From Octopus vulgaris (Eukaryota), in NCBI GenBank assembly GCA_951406725.2, contig OX597820.1, positions 64,046,001 through 64,110,000 of the forward strand: 64,000 bases of DNA. Direction: 5' to 3'. The notes under the pieces were generated by a model. The model ran no database searches. It had not been told where the DNA came from and saw only the letters and a list, made by a program, of their open reading frames with translations. Position numbers and translations under genes: made by a program. Below are positions 27,758 through 39,448 of the stretch, one piece after another; positions within the stretch are counted from its first letter, which is position 1; each line of letters starts with the position of its first letter.

Positions 27758-28354
27758 TTATGTTACATCAGTTTGTGCGTGTACACACACACACACACAC
27801 ACACATCCACACATATGAGAAGTGATACGTTTCGTTTGAAATGTAGACAGGTAAGTTAATTTTCCTTCTATGGACATAATATTACTAAGGATCTAACTGT
27901 AGCGCAGAACTGCTTCCTTCAGATCCTTCTCTGTGAATATTCTTCTTCTTCTTCTCCTCCCCTCCTCCTCCTATTTCTCCTCCTTCTTCTTCTCCTCCTC
28001 CTCCTTCTTCTCCTCCTCCTCCTCCTTCTTCTCCTTCTCCTCCTCCTCCTTCTTATTATTATTATTATTCATTCATTGAGAAAGCACCGGCGGTTTCTCT
28101 TGTATTTTTCTTGAGAGAATAACTTTACACACCTTCCATGCCTAAGATTATTGGAAATAATTTCGTAGAATTATTTATTCGCCGTGAAAATGAGTGAAAG
28201 GCTTTATATTTCTGTCTCCTTGGGCACTTGTATTCTACTATAGACCCTGGCTGACCAAAAGAAAAGGAGAGAATTTAGTAAAAGAAAACTGAATGAAGCT
28301 CGTCACACACAAACACGAACTCTATATGAATATGTGTATTTGTATATATTCATG

Positions 28355-28860
28355 TATTTGTTAGGCAACTAAGTTCCCGCCTTTTTTTATAGAATTTTTT
28401 TTAAAAGGTTTAATAAAAATAACAACTAATTAGTCAATAATGTATTGATCCGTGTTGTTTACTGCTTCTTCCCAACGTTCAACAAGATTTTCAATACCTC
28501 GTTGGTAGAAATCAGCCGATTTCGACTAGAAAATTTGATCCATCCAGGCTCTCAATTCTGCATCAGTATTGAAAGAAACTCCGCGTATAACATTTGAAAG
28601 TTGAAAATCCGTTGGTGCCAAATCAGGAGAGTACGGCGGGTGTGGCAGTACTTCTCAGCCATGCGTTTGAATGGCTTCCTTGGTCATATTGGCGATATAC
28701 GGGCGGGCGTTGTCGTGCAGCAGAAAAATTCCATGCTGTCGATTAGGACTTTTCTCTTGAATAGCGGTTGAGTCTTTCCATATGTGGAACATAGAGTTCC
28801 CCGTTGACCGTTTGGTTCCATTCAAGCAATTCGTCCCACCATACGCACTACATCGTCTTA
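28355..28860 (-). mobile_element. mariner transposon 3' remnant
   Basis: Minus strand LLHDNARPYIANMTKEAIQTHG*EVLPHPPYSPDLAPTDFQL (HDNARPH and YSPDLAPxD motifs). Confidence 0.9.
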
Positions 28861-28879
28861 CACAGGTGAAGATCTTGTT

Positions 28880-29240
28880 TCACGCGCGGTGTCGCTTGTT
28901 TACCGGGGCTAAGCCATTCCTTACGCAGCTTCATAGAAGAAAACACCTGCCCATGTGGGACTGAACACAGAACCATATGGTTGGGAAGCAAGCTTTTCTG
29001 TACACAGCCGGGCTTGCGCCTATACACACACTCACACACACATATATATATGCACATGTGTGTTTGTGTGTATGATGAGCTTCCTCACAGTTTCACGCTA
29101 CTATGTTTGCTCACAAGATATTGATCAGTCCGAGACTATTGTTGAACGCACTTTGCCACACAGTCGCACTAAATCCGATAATTACTGAATGGAAAGCGAG
29201 CTTCATGACGTCATATCCACATCACCATGGCTGCTCCTAA
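28880..29240 (-). mobile_element. Two SINE family A 5' fragments
   Basis: gtgggactgaacacagaaccatatggttgggaagcaagc, plus a more decayed second copy. Confidence 0.7.
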
Positions 29241-29487
29241 AATAATAAACCTTTCGACATAAGGTTCCTTTTATAAAATTCGATAACGAAGAAGGTGTAA
29301 TTTCTTAACTTTTACGCTCTCTTCAGTTCAACAGGGTCGTCATTTTGCGCTTCTCTCTCGATCCTTTTAACGTTGGTGCATCATGACAAATAACATCCAG
29401 TTATGATATATTCTACCTGGTGATGGTTCTGTATTATTCTTACTATTATCAATAGATTTTAATACTGAATATTAATTCTGTCTAAAT

Positions 29488-30100
29488 TGTGCCGGAGTGT
29501 TGGCGGCTCTGGTTAGGGTAGTACCCTTTTGTGTCAACCATACTACTCCCCTCCTGGCAGGGTGGACGAAACTGTGTGGTTCTCACGTATCTTCTAAACC
29601 TCTCATATGCTGGTTTCGAATGTCACGCACAAAAACTCCCCCACACCTGGTTGGCTAAAGCACACGAGAGTGTGATGTCGATGTTTAGAACGGGTGCAGA
29701 AGCTGCGTCAACGAACAACTCTGAAGGCGAAGGAGTTTCAATAAAACTGACGACCAGGCATTCGTGACTGTAAGTGAGCCACACTATATTTCGTGCACCT
29801 CGGCAATCTGTCAACAGAAACAGTTCCACTTACTCACTTATTCGCAAATGCTCGTCGTTGGGCTTCAGATAAGTACCCTGTCCTTGTCACAACTTGAAGC
29901 TTCGAAAATAATTTAAATTCCAAAATCTTTGCAGCCTTCAGGAAAACGGAAACCTCAGGAGAAGGAGCAGAGGGGACATCCCTTTGAACAGGCACCGGAC
30001 GATGGACAAGGATCTGCAACTACGATGGAATGATGCAAGGAGAGTGGCTAAACACCGATCCTGTGGGAGTACCTTAACTACGCCATACGTAGGGGCTGCT
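29488..30100 (+). mobile_element. Internally deleted RTE-like element: putative 5' UTR joined to the ORF 3' end
   Basis: The 3' part resembles RTE C-termini (..KPQ.K..RG.P..., LRWNDARRVAKHR...tacgcc). The GC-richer 5' block has no long ORF. Confidence 0.45.
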
Positions 30101-30360
30101 TAATTTTACCTAAATTACTGTGACAAATGTGTCAAATATTTCGGAGAAAAACTGAACTAAAACCTTTAAGTAATTTTCCATAAATAAAAGAAAGGGGAAA
30201 TTTGTCTTCGTTTGTAGCCTGCACGTAATTTTCGTTTTATTATTTAAAATGTCAGGAAGCTTCACATGGAGAAGTGTAAGGCAGTTTTAGTAGTCGTTAT
30301 AGTCGTCTGCTGCCTTGAAAATTTTGCCCTTCAAACGGCAAAAGTGACTTTTCTGAGATA

Positions 30361-30397
<37 letters not shown>

Positions 30398-30399
<2 letters not shown>

Positions 30400-31021
30400 G
30401 CGAGAAAAAAGCAACAAGAATGGATAGGTTTTTAGTACAATCGTTTCATACAAGGACAGGCTTTATTAAAAGTTGCAAAAATTGCAGCATATAAACGTGT
30501 CCCGTACTCATCAGCTAAAATACATGTGAGTTCTCTAGACATCCTAGTGGTTGAGGCTATACTCATGAAGTAATGTAGATAATTAAGTAACATAAACAGA
30601 TTTCCAAAGTTCATTAAAAGTTCTTTAAAGATGATGTACAGTCTTATCACAGAATTTTAAAAAAGTTTTAATAGCATCACAGAAAGGTGACTTAATCCAT
30701 AGTGTACATATGAATTTCCAGAGATATGAGGAGGGATTACATACTCACAGACGACAAATTTATCCATTGCTAATCACAACGAGGTGGGTTTCAATTCCTG
30801 CTTATTAGCATTACAGAGAGGGTGAATTAATCCTTTGTATAGATGCACAATTTCCAATGGTGTAGATGTAAATTTCCAGAGAAATGAAGAGAAATTTCAT
30901 ATTCACAGGCGATAAATTTATCAATGGTTGAACACAATGAGGTGGGTATCAATTCTTGCTATATGATTAGGTATTTGCCACATTAATCACATTACTGCTA
31001 TTTTCAAGAGACTGTAGCTTC

Positions 31022-31024
<3 letters not shown>
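30398..31024 (-). mobile_element. (TA)n-flanked non-coding element (~630 bp) with a hammerhead ribozyme and an internal ~160-bp-period duplication
   Basis: (TA)n at both ends; aatttccagaga...tcacag.cga.aaatttatc...gaggtgggt.tcaattc.tgct is repeated at ~30714 and ~30872. Confidence 0.65.
30430..30520 (-). ncRNA. Type-I hammerhead ribozyme with a canonical core and extended stem/loop II
   Basis: ttttag-CTGATGA-gtacgggaca...tgtccttgtat-GAAA-c-gatt-GTA-ctaaaa: 6-bp stem I, ~10-bp stem II with wobbles, GUA cleavage triplet. Confidence 0.75.
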
Positions 31025-31081
<57 letters not shown>

Positions 31082-31756
31082 AGCATAAACATTGCCAGTA
31101 CAAGTAATGTTACGTACAACACTGTAGTGGCGTAGAAAACAGCATTGTTATATAGAGCATTAAAAATAAAATAAGACGACCAACACAAAACACACCAACA
31201 AGGAGAGCAGCATTAAAAAAGAAAAGAAAATTGTTGCTACGAGAATGAAGTAAAAATAAAAATAACGGAAAAGAAAGTGAAAAAGTTTCAAATGTTAACA
31301 ACGAAAAAGCCAGCAAAAGAGTCGAATGTGAAGCCGAACAAAACAAATATTTTCAACATCAACAACAGAATAAAAAAAAAAAAGCAACACCAGTAGCAGT
31401 GCCGTTAACTTCTGGAATAAAGACAAAAACAAGAGCAACAAAAATAACTGACGCTCCAGTAATAATTTGAAAAGGACGTCCGTTTGCAATAACTACCATT
31501 GCATTCTCTAAACACATTCTTCTTAAAACTGAAGTTATTAGGCATGTGAAACCGTATATAGCTAGCGTGTTTGCAGCCGGCGTGTTTTTCAGCTGGCGTG
31601 TGTTATGGGTAGCGTGTATCCAGAGTTGAATAATTCACTGTAAAGTAATTCATCAATATGAAACCCTGGACATTAGTGTCTGGGTTCTTAGGAATCCTGG
31701 GGTAGATTACCCGGTTTCCATGGCGTAAAATTGATCGACACCTCAGCGTTTCTCCT

Positions 31757-31813
31757 GAAAAGAGAACCAACCCATACACTTTCCTGCGAAGTGTATGGGT
31801 TGGTTCTCTTTTC
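31757..31813. repeat. Perfect 25-bp inverted repeat with a 7-nt loop
   Basis: gaaaagagaaccaacccatacactt-tcctgcg-aagtgtatgggttggttctcttttc. Confidence 0.95.
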
Positions 31814-32099
31814 TATGTGAAAAGGAACATGGCCAAAATTATGATTAACGTTTCATTTGTTTCAGTTATTACAAAATGGCCATACAGGAGCACACCTTGA
31901 CAACGATTAGTCGAATAAATTGATTCGTTTACAACTAAGTGGACTTGAAAAACCTGATATGAAGTGTTTTCTCAGGATGCAACAGACCGCCTGGTCTGAG
32001 TATTGATACAGCGAATTTTCTGAGATGGGTGCAACACGCTAGTCATTAACGCATGTGTTTTCACTCTTGAGCACGGTCACCGACAACATGTTCTGTTTT

Positions 32100-32472
32100 C
32101 GTTTTCTTTTCTACTTCTTTCAGTCATTTGATTGCGGTCACTCACGAGCACTGTTTTGACAGGTTTTAGTCGAGCAAATCGACCCCAGGACTTATTTTTT
32201 GTAAGCCTGGCACTTATTCTATCGGTCTCTTATGCTGAACACAGCAACACCGGTTGTCAAGCGATGTTGGCGAGACAAACACAGACGCACAAACATATAC
32301 ACACATACATATATATATATACACATATATATGACGGACTTCTTTCAGTTTCCGTCTACCAAATCCACTCACAAAGCTTTGGTCGGGCCGACGCTATAGT
32401 AGAAGACACTTGCCCAAGGTGCCACGCAGTGAGACTGAACCCGGAGCTATGTGGTTGGTAAGCAAGCTACTT
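32100..32472 (-). mobile_element. SINE family A split by a retroelement insertion; its extreme 5' end continues at 34655-34678
   Basis: The SINE sequence stops at ...ggtaagcaagctactt and resumes with cacacacagccactcctgcgcct after the duplicated target. Confidence 0.9.
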
Positions 32473-34638
32473 TATTTCATATAAATTTGCCATAAAGGCA
32501 TTACAAAGAGTAGCTGCGGTATGGACATATACATTGTTGAGGTGAATGATGAAATAGGGATGACAATGATGAGAGAAGGCAAAAACGCCCGCCGATTTTC
32601 TTCTTCTCTAAAACATTCTTCCTCTTTTTTAAAACAAAATAAACAAAGCGAGGTATTGAACTTCTCACAATAGTTTTTACAGTTTTTGGGGACTTAATAG
32701 TCCATTACAAATATTAAAATGCAAAAAATATTCAATATACAATCAACACTAGTTCATTTACAAATGAGGGGCTGAGACTCTTACACATTATAACACTGAG
32801 GCTTCTCAACTTCTTGTCAATTTTCCACATCATAATCGCTTGTGTCCGTGTACTCCGCCATAACACATGCTTCGTTTAAAATCACGGTAGGGTCCGATTT
32901 GGCGTTACCTGGCCACGAGCGATATTCCTCTTTTAGTCCATCCAGCCTCATAAACGGGAGCAACGTTATGACCTCCACAGCTATCTGCGGAGGCCATTCG
33001 GGGTACTTTGTGAAGACCAAAGGTATTCTCCCGTAGTGTTCTTTCACTATCTTTTCCACCTCTCCGCCTCTATAAAAGAAGACCAACAGTCTTTCGTCCA
33101 TCGGGTCCGGGTGGGTCAATTTTACCGTTGGCGGCACAATTCCCTCCAATGGGGTTCCCCCTTCCGGTGGCACAACTGACGAGGCTCCATGACACCCCGG
33201 CGTCATTTCTCCGACTGCCGTCAATGTCCCGTTTCACCTCCGCTTCCTCTTTTTTCATCTCGACTGGAGGAGGGTGCGTCTTCTCCGTGACATGGAGATT
33301 CGCCTCCCATCCCTCATCTCCAGGATCCTTCGGTGAGCACCCATTATTGCTCTCGTTCTTTCTTTTGCGTCTCTTCTTTGAGGAGTCCTCCGTCTCTTCG
33401 GCCACTTTCATTCCCTCCTCTATTGAGGTCTCCGTCAACTGCTCCGGGACTTTGCTTTTCCCTTGAAAACAGTTCTTTTTTATATGGCCAGGCTTCAAGC
33501 ACCGATGACACTTGGAGGGGCGTCCCTCAAGAATCACCGGATACTTAGACCCAGCCATTCTCAAAAATTCAGGAAATACCAGACTTTCGGCTCACTGGGT
33601 CCATTGAGTCAAAATAGCTTTTGACCCATCCCAGTTAGCCGCAGGCAGAATATTTACGCTAAGAAGCTTGGTGCTACTGCCACCCAGACCCCGGCGGATA
33701 GTATCTTCTATCCACTGGGGCTCAACTCCGGGTGGCAAGTCGCAAACCCAAGCCCTCGTCAAACTCTTCCCACAATAAGTAGGAAGAAACACAATTTCAT
33801 TACCCTCCAGGGGCTGACTTCCAAATACACGGGCCACTTCTGGAGAGTCAAACAGCAACAACACGGTTGCGTATTTTCCCCCCCCCCCCCGAGTGATAAA
33901 CTTAATCGCTGGCTTAAATTCTGCCAGCTCTCTTTCGATTATATCCTTTCTGAAAACTGCAATGGCGTTGAGGGTCCTAGAGTAGGTTCTCAAAACCACC
34001 GTCTTACTTTCAAGTTCTTTTAACCATTTTTTGGGTGGTCTAATTTTCCACTCCAACAACTTTTCATTGTTATTTCCCATGTTTTTTTTTTAAAGAGTCC
34101 AAAAATACAGTTCTTAAAATATAAAATAATTAAAGAAATAGAAGGAAGAGGAAAAAAAGTTCAAACAAAAGGAAGGAGAGAGAAAAAAAACTAACAGTTC
34201 AATAAAGTTATTTTTTAAATCAAAGATAGAAGAAGAGAGAGCAACAGTTCAAACCACAACAAAGACCATTTGGTACTCCAGGCCCAAATTTTAACACAAT
34301 TGTAAAACAGCTAAAAAATCATTCCAATTTTCTTCTAGGTACTCCTTAACAGGAACAACACTATTTTCAAACAAAAACTGTTTGGCAGGATACGCCCACC
34401 AAACTAATAATTTTCACAATTAAATGAATAATATTTTCACTCAGCCTCAGGCAGACTAGAATCTAGTGAGGATTTTTTGTTTGTAAAAATAATTTGCAAC
34501 ATACAACAGGCCCTCACTAGACGAAAGAAAGTCTTACATTACAGCTGAGTTTCATAAGTCTTCAATTTAAGACGGCTTGAAAAGCGCGTCTTACTGCTTC
34601 AGTGTCAAACACAACTCTGACTCGCACATGCGCAATGA
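32473..34638 (-). mobile_element. ORF1-only (HAL1-like) Tx1/L1-type non-autonomous retrotransposon with a 16-bp TSD
   Basis: TSD ggtaagcaagctactt at 32457-32472 and 34639-34654; one gag-like ORF1 and no recognisable ORF2 motifs. Confidence 0.8.
32817..34080 (-). pseudogene. Gag-like ORF1 (~420 codons) with a CX2CX4HX4C zinc knuckle; one in-frame TGA and one frameshift
   Basis: ORFs 34080-33592 and 33564-33070 are in the same frame, separated by TGA. The knuckle is VILEGRPSKCHRCLKPGHIKKNC. The C-terminus continues in another frame to 32817. Confidence 0.8.
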
Positions 34639-34694
34639 GGTAAGCAAGCTACTTCACACACAGCCACTCCTGCGCCTATTTAAAGACTTTATAT

Positions 34695-35148
34695 CTATTA
34701 TCATAAATTTGAGATTTTACCAACAGAACCCCAAATTCCATTTCAGGATTACCTTATTGTATGGAATACACACAGACAATTATATCCAATAAATTACTAT
34801 AAGCAGTTAAAAAACCTACTATAAAATACAATAAACTATATTATACAAAATTATATTTGAAAATATATATAATTTACCAGTTATTAGTCTGTGGGGAAAC
34901 AAGACATTTCTAATCAACGTTAGTTGTATTTCTGCACTGTGGGGTGTTTATCAAGGCTAAACCTAATACATAAATGCGCCAGTGCGTTCTCAGAATATTT
35001 ACCTTATTGTTATTATATTAACGGATCAAAGTTAAAAATACATATTAAATAGAAAAATAAGAATATGAACAAAAATTTAATAAAAATATATAACTTACAA
35101 ATATATTTTTTAAAATAAAAAAAAATAATAAGCACCTAAATTACATTA

Positions 35149-35221
<73 letters not shown>

Positions 35222-35825
35222 GAGAGAGAGAGAGAAATTTAAACAAAAGGAAGAAAATTCTCAACGATTATATAATAAACACATCAAATCCTACAGCCTA
35301 AGTAGTATATAAGCATTACGGGAATTAATAATTTAGTGTAAGATTTACCACCATGTATACAAGTATAAATTATCATTTTTTATGCCAAAGGTAATTCAAT
35401 AGTATTTAAAAAGATTATTTAGTAAAAACCACTCTATACGTTATAAATGTAATGAATAACAAAAGTATAAAAAACTAGTTAAAAAATTAACAAGGGAAGA
35501 ACATTGACCCGTTAATAATAATAACAATAAGATAAATAGTCTTAGGACTCACTGGTGGATTTATGCATTAGGTATAACCTTGATAAAAATCCTATAGTGC
35601 AGAAACATATTCAGTGTTGATTAGAAATACTTTCTTTTCCCACAGACTTATAACAGGTAAGTTATATATATTTTCAAATAATTTATTGTATTTTAGTGTA
35701 GGTTTTTTTAACTGCTTATATTGTTATTATTTTATTGGATATATAACTTTCTATGTGTATTCCATGCAATAACGTTATCCTGAAATACGAGTTGGGGTTC
35801 TATTGTTAAAATCCCAATTTTGTAA
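34695..35825. repeat. Diverged ~330-bp inverted repeat pair (34695-35035 and 35500-35825) around a (TA)n core
   Basis: For example aacagaaccccaa...atggaatacacacaga...aagcagttaaaaaacctac...agtctgtgggg versus cccacagact...gtaggtttttttaactgctt...tgtgtattccat...ttggggttctatt. Confidence 0.8.
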
Positions 35826-35899
35826 TACTATTAGAAATTATGCTGTTTACATTGCATCAGTAAAGTGTAAAATAGTTGATATCCTGATAACCTGGAATA

Positions 35900-36073
35900 T
35901 ATACGACGGGCTTCTTTTAGTTCCCGATTATCAAATCAACTCACAATTTTTGGTCGTCCCGTGTCTATAGTAGACTATAGTAAAAGACAGCCAAGGCGTC
36001 ATACAGTGTGACTGAATCCGGAACCATGTTGTTGGAAAGCAAGCTTCTTACCACAGAGCCACATCTTCGCCTA
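35900..36073 (-). mobile_element. SINE family A 5' half
   Basis: tacgacgggcttctttt...gactgaatccggaaccatg...agcttcttaccacagagccac. Confidence 0.8.
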
Positions 36074-36283
36074 TGTAGAGAAAATATTAAAAAATATCGC
36101 GATATCTTTCTCCTATACTGATAGAAAAATGCCTAAAAAAGACTCAAGTCTAGAGTACTTTTTATATTAGAGATAAGAAATCTACGAATCAGAAGAAGTC
36201 TTTTTGTTTTTAGAAAGAGGCAGGAAACAAAACATATCTCCATCAACCCATACATTTTGCAGCAGATTAGCTTAAAGACGAGA

Positions 36284-36517
36284 AGGCGACGAGGTGGCAG
36301 AAACGTTAGCACGCCGGACGAAATGCTTAGCAGGATTTCGTCTGCCGTTACGTTCTGAGTTCAAATTCCGCCGAGGTCGACTTTGAATTTCATCCTTTCG
36401 GGGTCGATAAATTAAGTATCACTTATGCACTGGGCTCGATGTAATCGGCTTAATCCCTTTGTTTGTCCTTGTTTGTCCCCTCTATGTTTAGCCTCTTGTG
36501 GGCAATAACGAAATAAG
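36284..36517 (+). mobile_element. SINE family B, single full unit
   Basis: ggcgacgaggtggcagaaacgttagcacgcc...gagttcaaattccgccgaggtcgac...aataacgaaataag. The motif agattagcttaaag occurs just upstream (36265) and just downstream (36516), a probable TSD. Confidence 0.9.
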
Positions 36518-36569
36518 ATTAGCTTAAAGTTTTATATGTGAAAAGATGCATGACGAATATTATGATTTA

Positions 36570-36960
36570 CCTTTTATTTGTTTCAGTGATTACATTATGG
36601 CCATACTGGAGCACATTTTGATGACGATTAGTCGAATGAATTGATCTCAGTACTTGTTTTTGTCCTGGTAAATAGTTTATCGGATAATTTTGCCAAACTG
36701 CTACGTCACAGGGACGGAAAACATAACCACCAGTTATCAACCGGTGGTGTGGGATAAACACGGACAGAAAGACACACATATATTGATATGCATGCCAAGG
36801 ACTTCAATTAGATCCCATCCACTAAATCTATTCAAAAGAGTTTGGTAGACCCGAGGCTATGGTAGAAGTCAGTTGTCCAAGCTGACAGGTAGTGGGACTG
36901 AACCCAGAATCATGGGGTTGGGAAGCAAAGTTCTTACCACAGAGCCACTCGTGTTCCTAT
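36570..36960 (-). mobile_element. Older SINE family A copy
   Basis: The tail ggccatactggagcac and the head agtgggactgaacccagaatcatgg are both present. Confidence 0.75.
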
Positions 36961-37979
36961 AGGCCATGCGTGCATCTATAAGCGATACCCACGCCTATAT
37001 TGTTAACAGATCAAAAAACTTCTACCAGTGTATTTTGATGATTGTAAAACACCATAGAAAGATAAGTAATTATTGGACATCTTCTGATGAGACCTGCCTC
37101 GTAAATCAGTTGGAGATTAAACTGCTAATTCTTTTTACAAATTCGTAAACCGGCACCTTATTGAAGGCATATAAAACATGATGGAAGTATCAGCCGGCAG
37201 AAGGCCAAAAAACTTCGATTGTTTCCATACTAATTATCGCAGATCTTATTGTACCATCGAAAGGCAAAACGACTCTGATGTCAGTGACAATTCCGCAACA
37301 TTAAGATGAACAGAAAGAGGAACAAGAACATTTTTATCATCATTATTATTATTATCATCATTAAAAGCAGATAGTCCTTCCAGAACTACAACAACTACAG
37401 CAGCAACATTAATGACAATATCTGCATCCGCAAAAATCAACAACAGAATCAACAACAACAACAACAAAGAATTAAAACCACGATTGCCCCCTGACGCTTC
37501 TACGAAGATCAAAAGCCATTAGATTCGCTTTTCATCGTGTCTTAAGGAGAGTTATTCTTCAAAATCCGAATGCCCTAAAGACAGTTAAGAGAAGAAATTG
37601 AATTGATGTATCTCCAAGATGATGATTAAACAGCATCAATATATACAAGAATATAAAAACAGCAACGATGATAACAAGTACAACAACAAGAAACACAGAC
37701 AAAAAAAATAATAAAACAGCATCGAATGTCAGAAGAAAGATTCGTGAAAAGACTAATCCTTTAAAAACTGATATCAAAAGATGAAGTACGCTACACCACA
37801 AAATGAAGAGTAAAGGCTAACCTTCAATCTATTCTTTACCATTTAAACCGGTCATATCCGACCAAAATCTTCAACCAGTTTATTTTCAAACAACCAGATC
37901 CTTTCATATCTTTCCTACAAAGTCATTTCAAAACCAAACAATTACATCATCAAATTCGTGCAGCTACAAGGTACTCATT

Positions 37980-38127
37980 TACTCTTTTACTTATTTCAGC
38001 CATTTGACTGTGGCCATGCTAGAGCACCGTCTTTACTCGAGCAAATCGACCCCAAGACTTATTCTTTGTGAGCCTAGTACTTATTCTGTCGGTCGCTTTT
38101 GCCGGTTGTCAAGCGATGTTGGGGGGA

Positions 38128-38198
<71 letters not shown>

Positions 38199-38363
38199 GA
38201 CGGGCATCTTTCAGTTTCCGTTTACCGAATCCACTCACAAGGATTTGGTCGACTCGCGGCTATAGTAAAAGACACTTGCACAAGATGTCACGCAGTGGGA
38301 CTGTACCCGGAACCATGTGGTTCATAAAAAAGTTACTTACCACATAGCCACTCCTACGCCTAT
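37980..38363 (-). mobile_element. SINE family A, full length, with internal (CA)n(TA)n
   Basis: tttcagccatttgactgtggccatgctagagcaccg ... gcagtgggactgtacccggaaccatgtgg ... agccactcctacgcct. Confidence 0.9.
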
Positions 38364-39201
38364 GTAATACATGATCAATTCCAAACACCATAGCTATATA
38401 AGCATTGTTTCTACATGAGTGTCCGTCTGGATTTAATTGCCTCTGTTTGTGTGTATGTGTATGTGTACGTGTAGGTGTAGGTCTGTGCGAGTCTCGTCGC
38501 GCCGTTAGCGAATGGTAGAAGACGACCAGTGATGGTATGCCTACGATATTCCATATCCAGTACTTCAGCAAAGGAAAACGATAAAATAAGTATTATATTT
38601 GAAAAACAAATATTACTAATGTCGGTTTGCACGACCAAAATCTTCCAGGCAGTGCTCAAGCCTGGCAGCAATAAGATTCCAACAAGCAATATGATAAAAG
38701 AATAATAGGAAGTATGTACATATATATATAAGTATGTATGTATGTATGTATGTATGTATGTATGTATGTATGTATGTATGTATGTATGTATGTATGTATG
38801 TATGTATGTATACTTGTATATGGATACGTACATATGAATATATGAAAGTGTATGCGCGAGTGTGTGGATAAATGGTAATTTTACACTTGCCACTAAAGAA
38901 AATGGTCAACTGAATTATAGCATTCAAAAAGATCTTAATGTCATAATCAGAAAATTTATATAATTTTATCAGAAAACACTGATCAAGAAGCAGCAGATAT
39001 TTTGACAATAAAACTTAATATTAAACCCTTTAACCGAGACTACGGTCATATTTGCATTCACATCAATCGAAGAAACAAACGTTACACAAATAGAAATATC
39101 GAACACCACCACATACACGTTAACACAGGCAAACATATGTGTGTTTATACAAATTATGACAGCCTCTAATCATGTATGTATATACATTGATACATACAGA
39201 C

Positions 39202-39285
<84 letters not shown>

Positions 39286-39394
39286 TTATACATACATACA
39301 TATATATATACACGTATATTTATTTATATACATACACACTCACATATATATTCACATATATATATATATATATATATACATAGTAATATATTAG

Positions 39395-39448
<54 letters not shown>

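Noticed and set aside
33590-33596. In-frame TGA in ORF1 as selenocysteine or programmed readthrough
   Set aside because: The same ORF also has a frameshift, no SECIS was identified, and CpG decay is the simpler explanation.
37078-37190. CTGATGA at ~37084 as a hammerhead
   Set aside because: No properly placed GAAA/NUH with stem I closure; at best heavily decayed.
37230-37815. Possible N/Q/T-rich host exon after an acceptor-like cgcag (similar tracts at 19.1-20.3, 31.1-31.5 and 47.9-48.2 kb)
   Set aside because: Early stops in all three plus-strand frames; the minus-strand ORFs are low-complexity antisense artefacts.
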